Positions 62,115 through 64,000 of a stretch of 64,000 bases of DNA are shown in pieces. How positions within the stretch are numbered: the first letter of the stretch is position 1; each line of letters starts with the position of its first letter. The position numbers and the translations under genes are program-made. Origin of the DNA: Oopsacas minuta (lineage: Eukaryota > Animalia > Porifera); contig JAKMXF010000222.1 in assembly GCA_024704765.1 (NCBI GenBank), forward strand, positions 310,001-374,000, given 5' to 3'. Below the pieces are notes generated by a model. The model did not search any database. It saw only the letters and a program-made list of their open reading frames with translations, and had not been told where the DNA came from.

Positions 62115-63609
62115 TCATACGAACTGACCATCAGTTGAAAGGAACTCATCAGGTTGTGCTTTCATCATATCTCCAGGATACATTTCATGATGCATGTATT
62201 CATGTGGATACATTTCAGGTGCTTGTGCGAAGTTCCCAGGTATCATTGGCATGCTAGCGTGATGAATATCAACTGGAGGAGGGTAGGCGAGAGGCGCTTG
62301 AAGGAGTAGACCGTCTAGAGGGAGGCTAGTCGTGTCGCCGCCTGCTTGAGGTGGAGGATTATAAGAGGGTAGTCCTGTAGAATCAGAACCCCCTCCGTAA
62401 TACGGTGCTTGCTTATAGATCGGCGGATGCACGGATTTATTCGCTGGTAGACTTTCATAAGTTGGATCGAACTCTCCATCATCATCACTATCATCATCTC
62501 TCTTCTCTTTAGTATAAGACAATGAGAATTCTCCTGCTCTCCGTATGTTATAGGTACGTGATTGGTAATGATGTATTATAAGATAAACTAAACAGAAAGC
62601 TCCACCTAGTATCAGCACAATCAGAATTATAGCTGCTACGATAATCACAATCAACTGCCACAGCTCAAAGATACAGAAATACAAACCTTCACAATCCTTG
62701 ACGTATTCTACCGTTACACATTCTGACTGAATCCCACAAGTCTCATTCAATCCTTCTGTATAGACATTACAACAATATAAACCCTCATTACCTGACGAAA
62801 TAGTCTCTATGCTAAACGTATACTCGTCAACTACAGTCACACCATTTAGAGTGCTTGGTAGAGTACCAGATTGCATTGATACTTTCCTCATATATACCCA
62901 TTCTGAACTAGGCACTGGCTCGCCCTCAGAACTACATGTTATCGTAGTATTAAAGTGATCAATTGAATTCAATGGACCAGATGGAGTCACTTCAACTATT
63001 GCACAACTATTCACAATCAGTGTGAATGAATTTGTTACCTGAGTTCCAGCGCTAGTAGCTGTGCAGGTGTATACCCTGCCTGATTGTTGTCTATTGCCTA
63101 CAACAGCTAATGTATTATTAGGGAATATAGTGAATACTGTTGTATTAGCGATTATTGATCCACCAGCTGTCGACCATGTAACAACAGGTTGAGGCTCTGC
63201 ATATGCTACACAATCTTGAAGGTACATTTCCTTCTCCAAAATCTTGACAACGTCTGAAGGGAACAAAGAATCAATCACAGGGTCACTTGGTATTCTAACT
63301 GTTGAAACTTGTGACTCGTCAGTACCCTTGAAATTCTCACTTAAACATTTATAACCACCGTTATCCCTTGCAGTAACAGAGGAGACCGTTAACATAGAAG
63401 TGCGAGAGGAATTGTCTACGTTTTGAGAGTTAACTATCGTATATTTCTCAGATTCGGTTATATTAAAGCTTTCAGTGGGGCTGGTGAACTCCCATTGTAT
63501 CTGAGGTAGTGGATCTCCTGTAACCGAACAGCTGATACTGAAGATATCATTTACATTGTTATTGCATCTATGAAATCTGGGGTTGGATGTTGTGAGAATG
63601 ATGGAGGAA
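62115..63609 (-). CDS. Single-pass Ig-superfamily receptor (three visible Ig domains, TM, Tyr/Pro-rich tail), 5' exon(s) not resolved
   Basis: ISCSVTGDPLPQIQW..D.GGYKC, DCVAYAEPQPVVTW..YTC, TCSSEGEP..EGLYCC, TM LIVIIVAAIILIVLILGGAFCLVYLII, tail DPTYESL. Acceptor at 63610/63609. Confidence 0.85.
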
Positions 63610-64000
63610 CTATAAAAGCAAAATTGCTGATAAATTATGAATTTGAAATATTTCTTTCCCCCAACTATCTCATGTTTTTTGTTATGCAATTATATTACCT
63701 GAAAATTACACAAATTCAGACACAGTAATTCCCGCCATAACCAAGACGGATATAACGAAGTGAATTATAGCATAGTATCCATGCTAGTATCACACGCTAG
63801 TATTTAGACACAACGCTTATATATATTCCAACAGGATGCCAAACTTCCATCCCGTTACGTCATGATAGAATCACACAAACCATGGATATATCTTATCTAT
63901 AACTTCTATGCCAGTTTCACACACTACTAAATTTAACTAAATTGCTAGGTATTTTGGATTAATGGGTAATATGAACAAATTTGTACATGTAGTCACGAAA

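Overview
AT-rich, gene-dense animal DNA with many 53-80 nt introns, several intronless genes and extensive gene nesting. NHL and TRAF genes plus this architecture suggest a sponge, probably a hexactinellid (inference only). Manual splice reconstruction gives: a 5'-partial vinculin/alpha-catenin-family gene; a 7-exon ACAA2 thiolase (14025-28082, minus) whose last two introns hold four antisense genes (two SAM-Ubl-vWA-UBC-U-box E2/E3 fusion paralogs, DCAF7, and a frameshifted HSD17B12-like reductase); IMP3; a type I TGF-beta-family receptor with a perfect 102-bp hairpin in an intron; a >=20-exon F-BAR-HR1-C1-SH3-SH3 gene with ING3 nested inside; a Pro-rich RhoGAP; EDC4; an NHL-repeat gene with decayed paralogs; a TRAF-like gene; and an Ig-domain receptor. 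Many short TIR elements are present (Tc1/mariner-like, hAT-like, one Merlin-like). The best candidates for novelty are the nested E2-E3 fusion pair, the Bzz1-like F-BAR architecture, the perfect hairpin, the vinculin/catenin hybrid, and splice-acceptor-like motifs just before many start codons (possible SL trans-splicing). No database search was run. Homologies are from remembered motifs and exon models lack transcript support. No tRNA, rRNA or CRISPR array was found.
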